Source of the DNA: Octopus vulgaris
Taxonomy: Eukaryota
NCBI GenBank assembly: GCA_951406725.2
Contig: OX597815.1
Span: 70,742,001-70,806,000, forward strand
Length of the DNA stretch: 64,000 bases
Direction of reading: 5' to 3'
A program made the translations under genes and the position numbers. The stretch's first letter is position 1, and every line of letters starts with the position of its first letter. The notes under the pieces were generated by a model that was given only the letters and a program-made list of their open reading frames with translations, made no database searches and was not told the DNA's origin. Shown here piece by piece: positions 11,578 to 24,393 of this stretch.

Positions 11578-13337
11578 ACTAGCATTATGACCCGTCGTTG
11601 CCGGATCATAGTGCTAGTGCATGTATATATGTGTATATATATATGTGTACATATTACATGTACATCTATATATATACATTATTAAATCTCAGAACGAGAT
11701 GTAAACAGTAACCGCTCGACAATGTAAAGTATAATAGGAGAAAGGGATGGCCTCCCTTTGCAAATACCATAAGGGCACAGATAGTGTGCCTAAAGCCAGC
11801 TGGAGACGATGATCTCCTGGGGCTAAAAAGCTACAGTAACACCCCTCCTTTGTGGTTAGCCATATTGAGATGGCTATTATACTTTATATATATACATCTA
11901 CACATAAAATACAAAATACAAAGTTATATCTTGATATCGCTAGTGATAACAATACTCAAAATATATAACAGACTGGAATTGTAGGCTCGTCTCTTGCAAT
12001 TTCGATCAATTGTATCTTGTCCTCCCTCTTGTATAGAAGTGTGGCTACAATCCAACCTACCTCTACTTCTGGGGGGACATTTAAACTTTTTATCCGGGAC
12101 GTCCTACATCCCAGATATAAAGGTAAAAATAAAATATTTCCACTTTGCAAGGTTCGAGTCGACTCGAACCTTGCTTCTATTGTGGCGAATTTACCGCCTC
12201 TGGTTAGATATCTTTCATAGTCGCACCAAGACACTTTTCGATGGTGCTTTCCTCCAGGTGTTCAAATCTTTTTTTTTTCTCTACATTGTATACTTTATAG
12301 ACAATAGTCTTTTCTTTAATTTAATTTTTTATTTCATTTGGTGGTGTTATCCTAGATTCACCGTCTTTGTCGGTGATCAATCCGTATTTCTTCCATTTTA
12401 ATTTCAATGAGTTCGCGCCCGCCGACGGCTGCAGCGAAATTCATTTTTGGACTTTCTTCAATCGAAGGCATTCTAACAAAAATGCTTCCATTTAAACGGT
12501 GAAAATATTGTCAATTTCCCCAAATAGGGACACAATTCGATTTTTAAACAATAACCAAAGCTCCTTCTCCCAAAGGGGGAGGGTTACAGTTTACAATTAT
12601 TTAACAAATGCAACACAACAATGTTTCCTTTACAAGGAACCAACAAATGTGATAACAATAGTTAAACAGTAATAATAATAACAAAAAACCTTATGATGAA
12701 TCAGAAAGCTGTAAGCAGTTGAAGCTTTAGTCCTTTATGTATAAGAAATAAACCAACAGCAGTACTCTGTAGGAGCGGCTGTTCGAGAAAACAGATATTA
12801 CATACAGCGAAACTTCATATAGATACTTAATGCTAGCTAATTAGCAGATAATCTAATGTAAAAGCACAGCTCCATCTGGACTATTCCATTTCTGCATGCT
12901 AATTTTATTTTTAATTTATTCCCATTCATGTGAAACCACTTATTCAAGTTCAAGTCATTGATACAATTTTATACCAACAGCTATTTTTACTTTTGTTATG
13001 TTACGATTATATTATACTTTAGCTTGATTTTAATTATTACTTACTACATATAATTCAATTGTTATTATTATTTTTATTGTTAAAGTGAAAGCATCTGACA
13101 TAAAATAGAGAAATGTTTTTGTTTCACTTTTAACACATAATACTGAAATAGTGGAGAAGATATGATATTGCTATGGGCTCACTCTAGGCAAGAAGTTGAA
13201 CATTTATTTTTTTCCCATGAAACTACATGGACCCTAAGTAAGGCATGTGTAAAATTTGAATTAAATTGGTTGTGTAGTTCTCAAGTTTTAGGGAAACACA
13301 CAGACAGACATACATTCTGTTTTATATATAGAGAGAT
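11578..13337 (-). mobile_element. non-autonomous Helitron nested in the Merlin-like element
   Basis: Minus-strand 5' TCTCTCTATATATAAAAC and 3' CCGGCAACGACGGGTCATAATGCTAG. Shares an internal segment with the 6353 Helitron. Confidence 0.7.
11960..12470 (-). mobile_element. probable L1/Tx1-type ORF1 N-terminal fragment, degenerate
   Basis: Minus-strand peptide pieces KYGLITDKDGESRI...YLTRGGKFATIEARF...ILFLPLYLGCRTSRIKSLNVPPEVEVGWIVATLL resemble the Tx1 ORF1 RRM region. Assignment from memory only. Confidence 0.4.
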
Positions 13338-14429
13338 ACACATTTTAGACGCAGCAAATGTTGTTTACCTAAATGGAGGTAATCGATTGGTTAAAATTGC
13401 CGAAATGCTCGGATTTTCAGACGAAATATCTTACAAACTATAGAATTTTCTCAATAAAATCAACAGAAAATGATGTTTTATAAACACATTCTACCAGTAT
13501 ACGAAATTTAAAAGTGTTTAGTTAACTAGAAATCGTGTTGACATCTGCCGTTCAAAAGGAAAAGATCCCTTTACGAATGCTCTTACATGACGGGGCAGTC
13601 ACAAATAGAATACTTTTACTGCATAATTTTGCGCGTCATCGCTCACATTTCTATGTGTATATGAGTGTGTGGGTGTGTGTATCCGTGTGTGCGCGTAAGC
13701 GCTCGAACGGACGCACGCGCAATAAATGTGTATTTAATGTTAAAGACGTTCGATTTTGGCGCCTGAAATTATTTTCGCCCTCATATCATGAAAAATATAC
13801 TCAAGTTATCAACTTATTGTTCATTTAAATGAAGAACTAATTACGACTAGCTGATCAATATTTTTATCTTTTTTTTTTTTTCAATTTTCTTAAAAATATT
13901 GTTCCAATCTGAAAATATTTTCAGCATAAAAAAGTTTGCCTAGGCAAAACCGTTTTCTCTGTTTCCCCGTATTCTTTTATCACATTGCAATGACTCACAA
14001 AACATTGCAATATTCAATAAATGTACTCCTCGAGTCATACAAACATGTTTATGATTTGGAAATTGATAAACAAAAAATAAAAAAATAGAAAAGAAAAAAG
14101 CTGAACTGAAATCACCGAGAGTTATCTCCTCTTAATAATTATTATGTTTCTCTGTATATTGATTACATTAATACATTCTTGTTTAAGACTCAGAGAATAG
14201 GGGAATATAGAACATTGATGTTCGTGCGTTTTCCTTTATTATTCATTAGCAACGTAAGGGACATGGTTCCGACTAAGAACACATGAATTCTTAACTTACT
14301 CCTGACCTCATTTAATAACCGCCAACTCGATCATTAATGAAACATAGTTTCATCTAACCTATTTTGGCTGCTTTGTTATAGCGATTATTGTCTTGCTTAC
14401 TTTGAGTATACCTCAAATTAATTCTCTAC

Positions 14430-14865
14430 GAATGGTTCTCAACCAGAGTCGATATGAACCCTGGGGGGTCCATGTTAGCAAAATAGTAAATTATTTATCC
14501 ACAGTAGTATTTTAAAGGTCCATGAAAAACTTTTTATGTTTTTATTGTTGGAAGCAGCTAAATTTCTTTCTCCAATATTTTACAGAGTTCAACTTATACA
14601 AGTTAATGTGTGAATAGCAAAATAGAAATTTTGTGCCTATGAAATTAGTTTTTAAGCATCGAATGACTATGGGGGTTCACCAGAATAAAATAATAATCAA
14701 AGGGGGTCCACAGGGTTCACCTATACAAGTTAATGTGTGAATAACAAAATAGGAGTTTTGTGCTTATAAAACTAGCTTTTAAACATCGAATGGCTATGGA
14801 GGTCCACCAGAATAAAATAATAATCAAAGGGGGCCTACAGGTGAAAAACTGGTTAAGAATCACTG
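14430..14865. mobile_element. hAT-type MITE with an internal ~127-bp tandem duplication
   Basis: Ends ..ATGGTTCTCAACC / GGTTAAGAATCACTG with GGGGTCC subterminal motifs. 14585-14712 is repeated at 14713-14840. Confidence 0.6.
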
Positions 14866-14972
14866 CTTTAGATAATCTCGTTTTTGAAAGCGGGGAAATT
14901 TTTCTCGAAATAATGTTGTTTAGTTGTTGTTTCTAGCATGTTGAGATTTCTGGTAGTGGTCTAATATTTGTG

Positions 14973-15202
14973 TTTCTTTATTATCCACAAGGGGCTAAAC
15001 ATAGAAGGGACAAACAAGGACAGACAAATGGATTAAGTCGATTACATCGACCCCAGTGCGTAACTGGTACTTAATTTATCGACCCCGAAAGGATGAAAGG
15101 CAAAGTCGACCTCGGCGGAATTTGAACTCAGAACATAACGGCAGACGAAATTCGGCTTCGCATTTCGCCCGGCGTGCTAACGATTCTGCCAGCTCGCCGC
15201 CT
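14973..15202 (-). mobile_element. OK-like SINE, full length
   Basis: Near-identical to 558-780. Flanking imperfect duplication TRGTGGTCTRATATTT. Confidence 0.85.
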
Positions 15203-17096
15203 TAACATGGTGGTCTGATATTTTTGACATCTGCTATTTCAGTAGAATTCTATGCATTCGGGAAACGGACGAAAGTAAAGCATTTTGAGTTTTTAGTTTT
15301 TTGAAAGCGGGTGGGTGAGGCGGGGTGCGGCTGGAAAGGATATTGAGTGTTTCTTAAAGAAAAATTAGAAGTTTAAAAAAATTTCCCAGATTCGTAATCT
15401 CTATATTTTTCTACGTGAATTTTAAAAAAATCGAAAAAGTAAAAAAAAGTTAAGAAATTGGGGTGTGGTAGGGGGAAATAAAAATTTTGAAAACGTGATT
15501 TTTGGGTAAAATTGTATTCTATAACGAAAACATAGAAATCCGAAAAAAAATTGAAAAAAACCCCACCGAAAACGGGTGTGTACACATTCTTTACCTCCGC
15601 CCATCTCGAGAAACTTCGAAGGCGAAATATGAAGTTTTATCGGTATTATCTTGGCATTAGCCCCAAAATATCTTTCTCTGTAACCTTTCTATTTATTGAT
15701 TATACCAAACTATATTTATTTACTCTTCATGTTAAAAGGAATTTTACTTTAATGTCTTAAACATATAAACTACTTTTTAGTTTGGGATATCGCATCAGTT
15801 CAGCTCTATTGCTTCTGCGAGATTTGCAGTTCCTCGTCACCAAACTCTCCTCATTTCTCGTATACGTTATCTTTCAGATTTGCGGATGATGAAATAAGAT
15901 TTCCGTTGCTTTTTGAGCGCTAAATTGCTCTATTGTATTCCCGCTCTGTGGACTGTAACAGTTCTGACGAAATTTAAGAATAATTTACGGTAAACAGCAA
16001 ACGCAGTGATTTTTACACAAGTTTTAGTTTTCTTGTGTATTATGCTTTAAATCTCCTCTTTGGATACGACTATTTCTAATAAACATGTTTTTAACAGAAA
16101 AAAAAAAAGCAGGGCCATTTCTTTTAATAGCCCTGTCTGCATTACCACCTCGTTTGACATTTTGTTAAGGCGTGCCTTTTGAACAGTTACATCGACTGAA
16201 TGGGTAGACTGCTACGATCAGAAATGATAAAAGACTATTAGACATATCCTTACTGAAAGCTAAAAGCAAAGTACGCAAAATAGTCATTAAAGATTTTTCT
16301 GGGCGAGCCTTCTTTTTGGCTCGCAGACTTGTAAATATTGTTCGTTAATTTCTGTAAAATTTATTTATTTTTGTTTTCATAACGTGTGGAAGGCGATATT
16401 TGCTTTGAAGTGAGAGCAGAAAGTGAACGATGTATATATGTGTATACGAAATGGTCGTGTGTATATATGTGTGTGAGTGAGAGAGAGAGTGAAGGGATGT
16501 GTTGTCATGTATACGTACATATATAAATACATATGCATACATCTTTTTGCATGTATGTGTGAGTGAGTGAAGGTGTGTATTATCGTATGTATATTTTTGC
16601 ATGTTGAAGTGGTACTCATTCACTCTCTCTCTCGCTCGCGCACTCTCTATCTCTCTCATACACGTACACATACATGCAAAAAAGATGTATGCATATGTAT
16701 CTCTAAATCTGGCACTAAAAGTATAACACAACCAACCATCACTTGTGAGCAAATGATGGCTTGGAAATGTGTACTACCATACTTTTGGTAATTGTTTTAG
16801 ATGCTCAAATAGTTGCAAATAGACATAGACATAGAAATAGATACTTTCTTGGTCCTGACACATCAAGGAATGGCAGCTGGAAGGAAGAAGGGATGGAGCA
16901 GTAGTAAATAGTTGGTACTCATTACAGTTGATTGGAACAATGCAAAATGAAGTGCTTTCTTCAAGAATACAATTTGCTTCCCAGTTTACGAGGTAAATTC
17001 ATGAACTTTTAATTGTGAGCCTAATTACCTAATCTCAACATTAAGCAATCACCTTTACAAATCTGGCACTGAATGTAATTAACATAGATTCATGTA

Positions 17097-17712
17097 CATC
17101 ATCATCATCATCATCGTTTAACGTCCGTTCTCCATGCTAGCATGGGTTGGACGGTTCGACCGGGGATCTGGGAAGCCAGAAGGCTGCACCAGGCTCCAGT
17201 TTGATCTGGCAGTGTTTCTACAGCTGGATGCCCTTCCTAACGCCAACCACTCCGTGAGTGTAGTGGGTGCTTTTTACGTGCCACCTGCACAGTTGCCAGG
17301 CGAGGCTGGCAACGGCCACGGTTGGATTGGTGCGTTTTACGTGCCACCGGCACGGAAGCCAGTTGAGGCGGTACTGGCATCGGCCACAATTCAGATGGTG
17401 CTTTTTACGTGCCACCGGCACGGAAGCCAGTCTAGGCGGCGCTGGCATCGGCCACCTTCAGATGGTGCTGTTTATGTGCCACCGGCTCAGGGATCACAAC
17501 TGCAGTTTCCATTGATTTTGATGTCGGTGTACTTGACTCAGTGGATCTCCTCAAGCACAGGGTCGAAATGGTGTTTCTTCACTTGCCACCTGCACAGGAG
17601 TCAGTCCAACAGTCCTGGCAACTGCCGGGTGCCAGTCATAGGATTGGTTCAATTTCGATTTTGATTTCACTTGCCCCAACAGGTCTTCGCAAGCAGAGTT
17701 TAGTGTCCAATG
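17097..17712 (-). mobile_element. retroposon with (ATG)n tail (RTE-type 3' end) and an internal ~60-bp tandem array
   Basis: (CAT)n followed by CGTTTAACGTCCGTT. About 5-6 repeats of GGTGCTTTTTACGTGCCACCGGCACGG. Related decayed pieces at 23500-23850 and 24710-24830. Confidence 0.6.
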
Positions 17713-17718
17713 AAGGGA

Positions 17719-17908
17719 ATATATATGAAAAGACAAGTCAGGATAGAAAATGCTAAAATAATTTTATAAAGAACATTTCAGTACCAGTTTCAGTCATTGA
17801 GACCTTTTCCAACTGTTGAAAAGGTCTCAGTGACTGAAACCGGTACTGAAATGTTCTTTATAAAATTATTTTAGCATTTTCTATCCTGACTTGTTTTTTC
17901 ATATGTAT
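17719..17908. repeat. ~190-bp near-perfect palindrome with essentially no spacer
   Basis: CAAGTCAGGATAGAAAATGCTAAAATAATTTTATAAAGAACATTTCAGTACC... is mirrored around position ~17814. Confidence 0.9.
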
Positions 17909-20564
17909 CAACTCATGTGTTCCTTTTTATCCCTATACATATATATATATGTATATATATCATACTCACACATATCTATCCATCCATCCATATATATGTG
18001 TGTATATGTATGTATGTATATACAAACATTATCAATGAAAACTTTGATTCTGTACATTGGCACAAAGCTAATATTAAACAATAATGCTCCCATACAACAC
18101 AGTGACCTATACTTGTCTATAGTTAAGGCACTAATATATAACAGGTAATCATCCCTATGGGTTCTGTCAACTATTCACAGCAGTAATATGATGTGAGAAA
18201 TTTTTGTAGATGGAGCAGTGTAATTTTTGTATTGACTTCAGTATTTAACTGGAACTTATTTTATCGACTCTCCACCACTATCATAATAAATGGTAAAGGT
18301 AACCCAAGAGGGTTATAAATATATAAAGGGATTAAAAAATTCAAAGGTTTTTTTAATAAAATTTTATCCTAAACAAGGCTTACAAAGAAGAAAAGAAGGA
18401 GCCTATAAATTCAAGGGACTATAAAGGAGGAATAAAGGGTCTAGAAATTCAAAATATCTAGATTGACAGATAGATTAAAGGACTCGACATCATTGATTAG
18501 AGGAAACACAAAACAATGATAGTAAGTTCCAGAGAGCAGTAGTTCAAGGAAAAAAGCTATTAGAATATTTTTTGATGCTCCTCTCTACCTCATACACATA
18601 AATTAAAGTAACCATGAAAATAGGAATTAAAAAAATGAATATCCATCATTGTCTGTAAATTAGACAAGGCAACCAGATTCACACCACACCCACCAAATGG
18701 ATTTTAAGTGCAGATATGTGGATCAGCAGTGTTACTGGGGTAGGAGAAGTCCATCCTGGGTAGCACTTTGAGATCTGTTGTATAAGCCTGTATAGCGGGT
18801 TGGAGAGGGTGACATTTGATTGGGTTTCTACCATTCTTTCTGTATTCCTCAGATCATATAGCTATCGTGTATAAGTACCAGAGTCTCAGAAAAGTTACTT
18901 GTAAAAGACCAATGTTTTAAGTACAGATAAGCAATGAGCACTGTCAGTAGAGCATGAAATCATTAATATTTTTACTATCTTTAAATAGAATAAAATGAAA
19001 AACCGAGTTAAAATTTTCCATCACCAGGAGTTACAAAGACTTTCATGTAGCAACTTGATCTATTCAATGAAGAACACAAATCTTTTTCAAGAGAATCACT
19101 ACAATCTTTAAAACAGGAACCATATTCCTGAAATCCTAAATCTGAATATACCACACTGAATAGTAAATGCTTCATATTTTAGAGTATATTAAATGTATCT
19201 AAATTAGGCAGAAGGCTAGCAATTTTGAAGGGAGGAATAGTCAATACCATGACTTGTACTTTATGCTATCGATCCTGGAGGGATGAAAGGCAAAGTTGCC
19301 CTTAATGGGATTTGAACTCAGAATATAAAAAGGTGGAACAAATATTACAAAGCAATTTTCCTGACAGTCTAACAATTCTGCTTGCTTCTTTCCTTTGTAG
19401 AGTATATTAAATATCAACAAGTTAATGTATATTAATGCTAATATACATTAATGTTAGAGGTCAAGTATTTTTTGGTTTTGAAAAGAAACCCAGCTTTTAT
19501 TATGCAGTCTTGTCAATGTGTTGAATGCTGGGTTTGTCCTTGGAACTTATTAGAAACTGTGCATCACAGAGTAAGAAACATGAATGATCTTTGAAGAGTG
19601 CATAGATTCATAGCTAGGGTGACTTCATTAAAATGTTTTTAGGAGATGTATGACTTGTCATGAATTTTCCTAACCAAGTTGTTAATGACAAGAATTGTCC
19701 ATTAGCAAGCATGTTTATGAGAAGTTTCCTATGACAAATACTGTCAAAAGATTTTCTGATGTTTTATGAGAAATTCATAATGAAGCACAATGGATTTTAG
19801 ATTAACAATAGTTTGTATCTCTTCAAATTCATTAGCTTGTATCACTTAAGTGTTTACTCTAGTTACTAAGGCAATAAAATGTGTAACTCTTTCTTCATCT
19901 TAGGAAAGCCATCTAGCTGCCAACTAACTCTCCTTGGGAAATTGCAGAAAGCTACCACATTTTGTTTTTGTGTCGAGAACTAAATCTCAACAGGAAAATA
20001 ATCTCACAAAATAATTATCTCAAGTGCTCTGTACCATTAAGTTAAGCAACCTTTGACATCTGATGCTGTCTTTTATAAAGCTAAATATCTTAAAATAACA
20101 AAAAATATTTTAATTTGTAAAAATGATTACTTTTTTGTAGCTAATATTTTTGACAAGGTTTTCCCCATAGGATTCATCTCATAAAGCTCTTTCATTTGTA
20201 CACAACTATTGTATAGTTTTCTTTTACAACAGCTGAGATATTTTAAGTCAAAGTCATTTGTTAGTCGAGGTTCTTTCATCATTGTTCATGACCTTTTCAG
20301 TGACTTAGTGACTTCACCTCTCACTCTAAGGTCAGTTTTGCATTTATCCTTATGAAATATGACACTATAAGTCATAAACTGATATAAGGCCTTTAAAAAG
20401 AAAGTATACCACTAATATCCCTTCAGGTTAACATCAGTGTGTGTGTGTGCATGTCAGTGTGCATGTGTGTATGTATATATTTAGCTTCTTAATACATACC
20501 TAGATAAACAACTTATCTCTCTTATCTGGCTATTTGGTATATTGTCTGTTTGACTATAACCTTC

Positions 20565-20596
<32 letters not shown>

Positions 20597-21125
20597 ACAA
20601 GGTTATGTCTTAACACCAATCCTTTTCACCATTTACTTTGTTGTATTGCTGCAGTATGCATTTCAAGAGTTGCTGGGAGATGTCTATCTTTGTTGGAAAA
20701 CTGATAGGTCACTCTTTGATCTTTCTAGACTTCGGGCCAAGACCAAGATCAATAGAGCAATGATAAGAGACTTTCTCTTCATCAATGATGCGGCACCTGT
20801 TGCTCACAGTGAATTAATTCTACAAATAATGATGGACCACCTATCACCAGCATGCAAGGTCTTTGGTTTGGTTATCAGTGTAAAGGAGACAGTCATCCTC
20901 ACTCAGGAGGGCACAATGAAAGGCTATATCAAGCTTGATGACAAAGAGCTTGATACAGTGGACAGGTTCTGCTATCTAGGGTCTACCATTTCCTCTGCTG
21001 CTTCACTTGATGATGAGATTAACGTCAGGATTTGGAAGGCTGACAAAACGAGTATGGAAGAACGAGATTAGACATCAAAACAAAGATCAGGATTTACAAA
21101 GCATGTGTTTTCAGCACACTCCTCT
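20597..21125 (+). mobile_element. RTE-clade LINE reverse transcriptase fragment, degenerate
   Basis: QGYVLTPILF, LFDLSRLRAKTK, DFLFINDAA (FADD decayed), FGLVISVKET, FCYLGSTIS, TKIRIYKACVFSTLL. Confidence 0.85.
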
Positions 21126-21129
21126 AGAC

Positions 21130-21502
21130 CAGTGTTTCTCAACATTTTTATCCTTGCATAACCCTTAAAATAAATTACATGTCTCAAGGAATCCCTACAT
21201 AAAAAATATTATATTCCATATCTTTCTCATATTTTTTCATTGCAGCTTATGTGGTAAATATCATATATATATACACATATGTATATACACATACATACAC
21301 ACACACATATATATGGTTGTTATATTTTTTTGATAACATAATAGGTTAGCTAGGATGATTTCTATATTACAATATTACAATAACCAATAATATGTTGTGC
21401 ATGTATAGTAATATTACGATCATGAAATTAGCATTAGCTTATCTCACTCTTTCTCATGGAACCCCTAGAAACCTTTTGCGGAACCCCAGTTGAGAAATAC
21501 TG
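21130..21502. mobile_element. hAT (Charlie-like) MITE
   Basis: TIRs CAGTGTTTCTCAAC / GTTGAGAAATACTG, imperfect 8-bp TSD CTCTAGAC / CACTACAC. Confidence 0.75.
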
Positions 21503-21539
21503 CACTACACAGGGAGGAGAGGATGTCTGGTACAATGGT

Positions 21540-22060
21540 GTCCAGTTCAGTGGTTGGTATGGCTTTTGATCCTAAGATTGAGGGAAAGGCTTTCAAAGAT
21601 CTTTCATATCTCACTGTATCTTTCACCTCTTGTATGTAGGTAGTAGAGCCTCAATCCTTTTAGCCTCTCCTGATTGCTCAGCTGTTGCTTCAAGTCAATA
21701 TTCTTTGTGCAGTAGCATCGGATTGCTTCAAGTTCTATTGTTTGTGTGACACATTGAAGTGACCACAGTTGGGAGCAGTTGCTTATGTGATAGTGAAAAA
21801 AATGTTTTCCATAAGAGTAGCATGGTCTCAGAATCAAACTGACTGTTCAGTGTTGCCATCTTTGTAATATGCACATGGAATGTTGCAGAATTACACATGT
21901 GGATTCCCACGTCATGCAGACTTTGACTCTGGAATTGCACTACTCCCTGGTCCTGTATATATTGGTTTCAATCTATTTGAGGACCAATGGAAGAATGTTG
22001 AAAAACTTTCCAGCATTGAATTTTATTAGCTCATTGTATATTGCATTCCGGTCTTTCTGT
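21540..22060 (-). mobile_element. CR1/L2-type LINE C-terminal fragment
   Basis: Minus ORF 21604-21837 contains CSQLWSL...IELEAIR..CTKNI...LSNQERLKGLRLYYLHTRGERY, matching the post-RT region of CR1/L2 elements. Confidence 0.65.
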
Positions 22061-23869
22061 CTACAGTTTTAGTGGGTCATCAGAGTCTGTCACTGCTTGT
22101 GATACTGTTGTATTATAACTGGTGAGATTGGTTTACTGTATGATTGAGGGCATGTCTGACAGCAACACCATAAGCATTAGTGGTCTCAGTACAATTCCCT
22201 GATTACAGCATGTAATTGGTCAGAATATTATGGTCAGTTTTATGCCCCATATATATATGTTTGGGTAAAATTTGGTGATCTTTTTTTAATGTATCCTTTT
22301 TTCAGGAACAGCTTGATGCATTGGAGAGTATAAAGATTAAAGTTGTAGTTGAGAAAAAGTTAGCTAAAATAGAGGACTGGAAACCATATGAATATTGGAG
22401 AAGTGTACATGATGATTCACATAAGGTGTCAATATGCTGACAACATGACTACTGGTCAATACTCTGCAAACTTTGTAAAAGCTGTAAGACATGACATGAG
22501 CAGCTGCAACAGAGACTACAAAGCCATGATCAGCAGGAGTGGACATAGTAGGCATTCTGATAGTATCTATTTGCCAGCATTCTTCCCCACATCATTGAAC
22601 AGTACTTTAGGCTTCATTCAGATCACTATGTAAAGCTGCTGTAGGCTGTCGTCAATCTCTTGTTGAAGAGGGTTGCTACTTGAAGGTCATATCCCTGACT
22701 GCGAGATTCAGCTCCGTGCCATACCTTCAGAAAGTGTCAGAATTGGTTGATGGAGAATTTCTACAACTTCTAATTGAGAAAATTTGGGTCCTATGGATTA
22801 CTATATGTGTGGCATGGATAGAAAGACACCAGGAACGCTGCCTGCAAAACCAAGGCCAAGATCAAGGTGTTTGAAAGTCTTCCCAGGGACACATTAAGGA
22901 ATGCATTTTCTAGGTTCCAGGGCATGGTGGAAGCTATGGGTAGCTACTTTCAGAAAATTGTTATCTCCCGGCTATAGTCTACTTGATCTTTTTTGATTTT
23001 TTAAAATACCTTTATTTTTTAGATGGATTATTGTATTTTGCTTACGAATTTGTTTTCCAAGATTCCTGGAAACAGATATTGTTATATTTTGGGATGGTAA
23101 TTTTTACTTTTTTTCTTGCCAAACACACACACTATATATTTGTTCTTCACTCTCATTTATCATTGTTCTTATTTTATCTTATGTCCATTGTCTGGAAATC
23201 TTTCTTCACACATTTGTGACCTTTCCAGCGGCCCTTCCATCTATGTCTCCTCCTGTTTTTTCTGTGATGTGCAATCCTTATCTGCACATGCATTTATGTC
23301 TGTATCTGTGTGTGTGTATGTATGTGAGTGTGTGTACACCTGTCTATGTGTATATGGGTTTGATTACTATATTATTTGTATCTGTATATGTTTTTTTCTC
23401 ATCTATTTACTTCTTTATCTCTATTTCTTATATTTCATCATAAGTATGTGCACGTGTGCTTTTTCTGTGAGTATACATGGGTTTATGTATTATACAGTAT
23501 AATGGGGGCTTTTTATGTGCCACCGGCATGGGTGCCATTTACATGACACCAGCAATGGCCATGACAATTTCACTTGGCTTATCACCAAAGTTCTCGGTTA
23601 CCTGTCATTACCTCCGTGAGGCTCAACATTCAAAGATCATGCTTCACCACGTTGTCACGTCTTCTTGGGTCTATCTCTTCCACAGGTTTCCGCCAGTTAG
23701 AGATCAGTACTTTTTTACACAGCTGTCCTTGTCCATATGCATCACAGGACTATGTTCAGTTATAATAAAAACAATTTTACATATCATCATCATTTAACAT
23801 CTGCCTTCCATGCTGGCATAGGTGGGATACTGCCTGAAGTCAGAATGCCATGATAGACCGTTAGCTCCT

Positions 23870-24045
23870 ACATGCATTTTTTTCTCTCCTTGTTTCTTTT
23901 CTGTGTATCTTTCTGTCGAAGAGCGTAGGCTTGAAACGTAAAAGACTTGTTCTATTTCTATTCCTGAGCGCCATACTAATACATTTGTTTGTTTGTACTC
24001 CACCTGCCTTCGTCTTTTGTTTATTTTCGTAAACCTTCCCGTTAT
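23870..24045 (+). mobile_element. Penelope-type pLTR fragment with minimal hammerhead-like motif (23908-23945)
   Basis: TCTTT-CTGTCGA-A-GAGC-GTAG-GCTT-GAAA-CG-TA-AAAGA. Same repeat at 41170-41372 (+) and 45697-45860 (-). Each is followed by (TA)n. Confidence 0.55.
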
Positions 24046-24204
24046 ATATATATATATACATATATAAGAGAACAAAGTGTATGTATGCCGCTATATATAT
24101 ATATAAAATACAAAATTATAAATATTTATATATATCTATATATAGTATATATATATCTATATATATATACATATATGTATATTTATATACACACACACAT
24201 ATAT

Positions 24205-24237
<33 letters not shown>

Positions 24238-24242
<5 letters not shown>

Positions 24243-24393
24243 GGCTTCTTTCAGTTTCTAGTTAACAAATCCACACACAAGGCTTTGATCAGCCCACAAC
24301 TATCTTTGAAAACACTTGCCCAAGATGTCATGCTGTGGTTTGAACCCTCAGCAATGTGGTTGGGAAGTAAACTTCCAATCATACAGCCATGCT
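24238..24393 (-). mobile_element. OR-like SINE, decayed 5' part
   Basis: Reverse complement of GGCTGT..GGTAAGAAGTTTACTTCCCAACCACAT..GGGTTCA...TTGGGCAAGTGT, as at 33991. Confidence 0.65.

Larger units (their letters stand above)
11218..13568. mobile_element. Merlin-like non-autonomous element (same TIR family) carrying nested insertions
   Basis: TIRs GGATCTTTTCCTTTTGAACGGCAGAT / ATCTGCCGTTCAAAAGGAAAAGATCC, 9-bp TSD CTTTACGAA (11209-11217, 13569-13577), CTAACCCTAACCCTAA at ~11454. Confidence 0.85.

Noticed and set aside
17260-17640. Repeat-spacer pattern resembling a CRISPR array
   Set aside because: Eukaryotic context, no cas genes, repeats are degenerate and the 'spacers' resemble each other. 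It is an internal tandem repeat of a retroposon.
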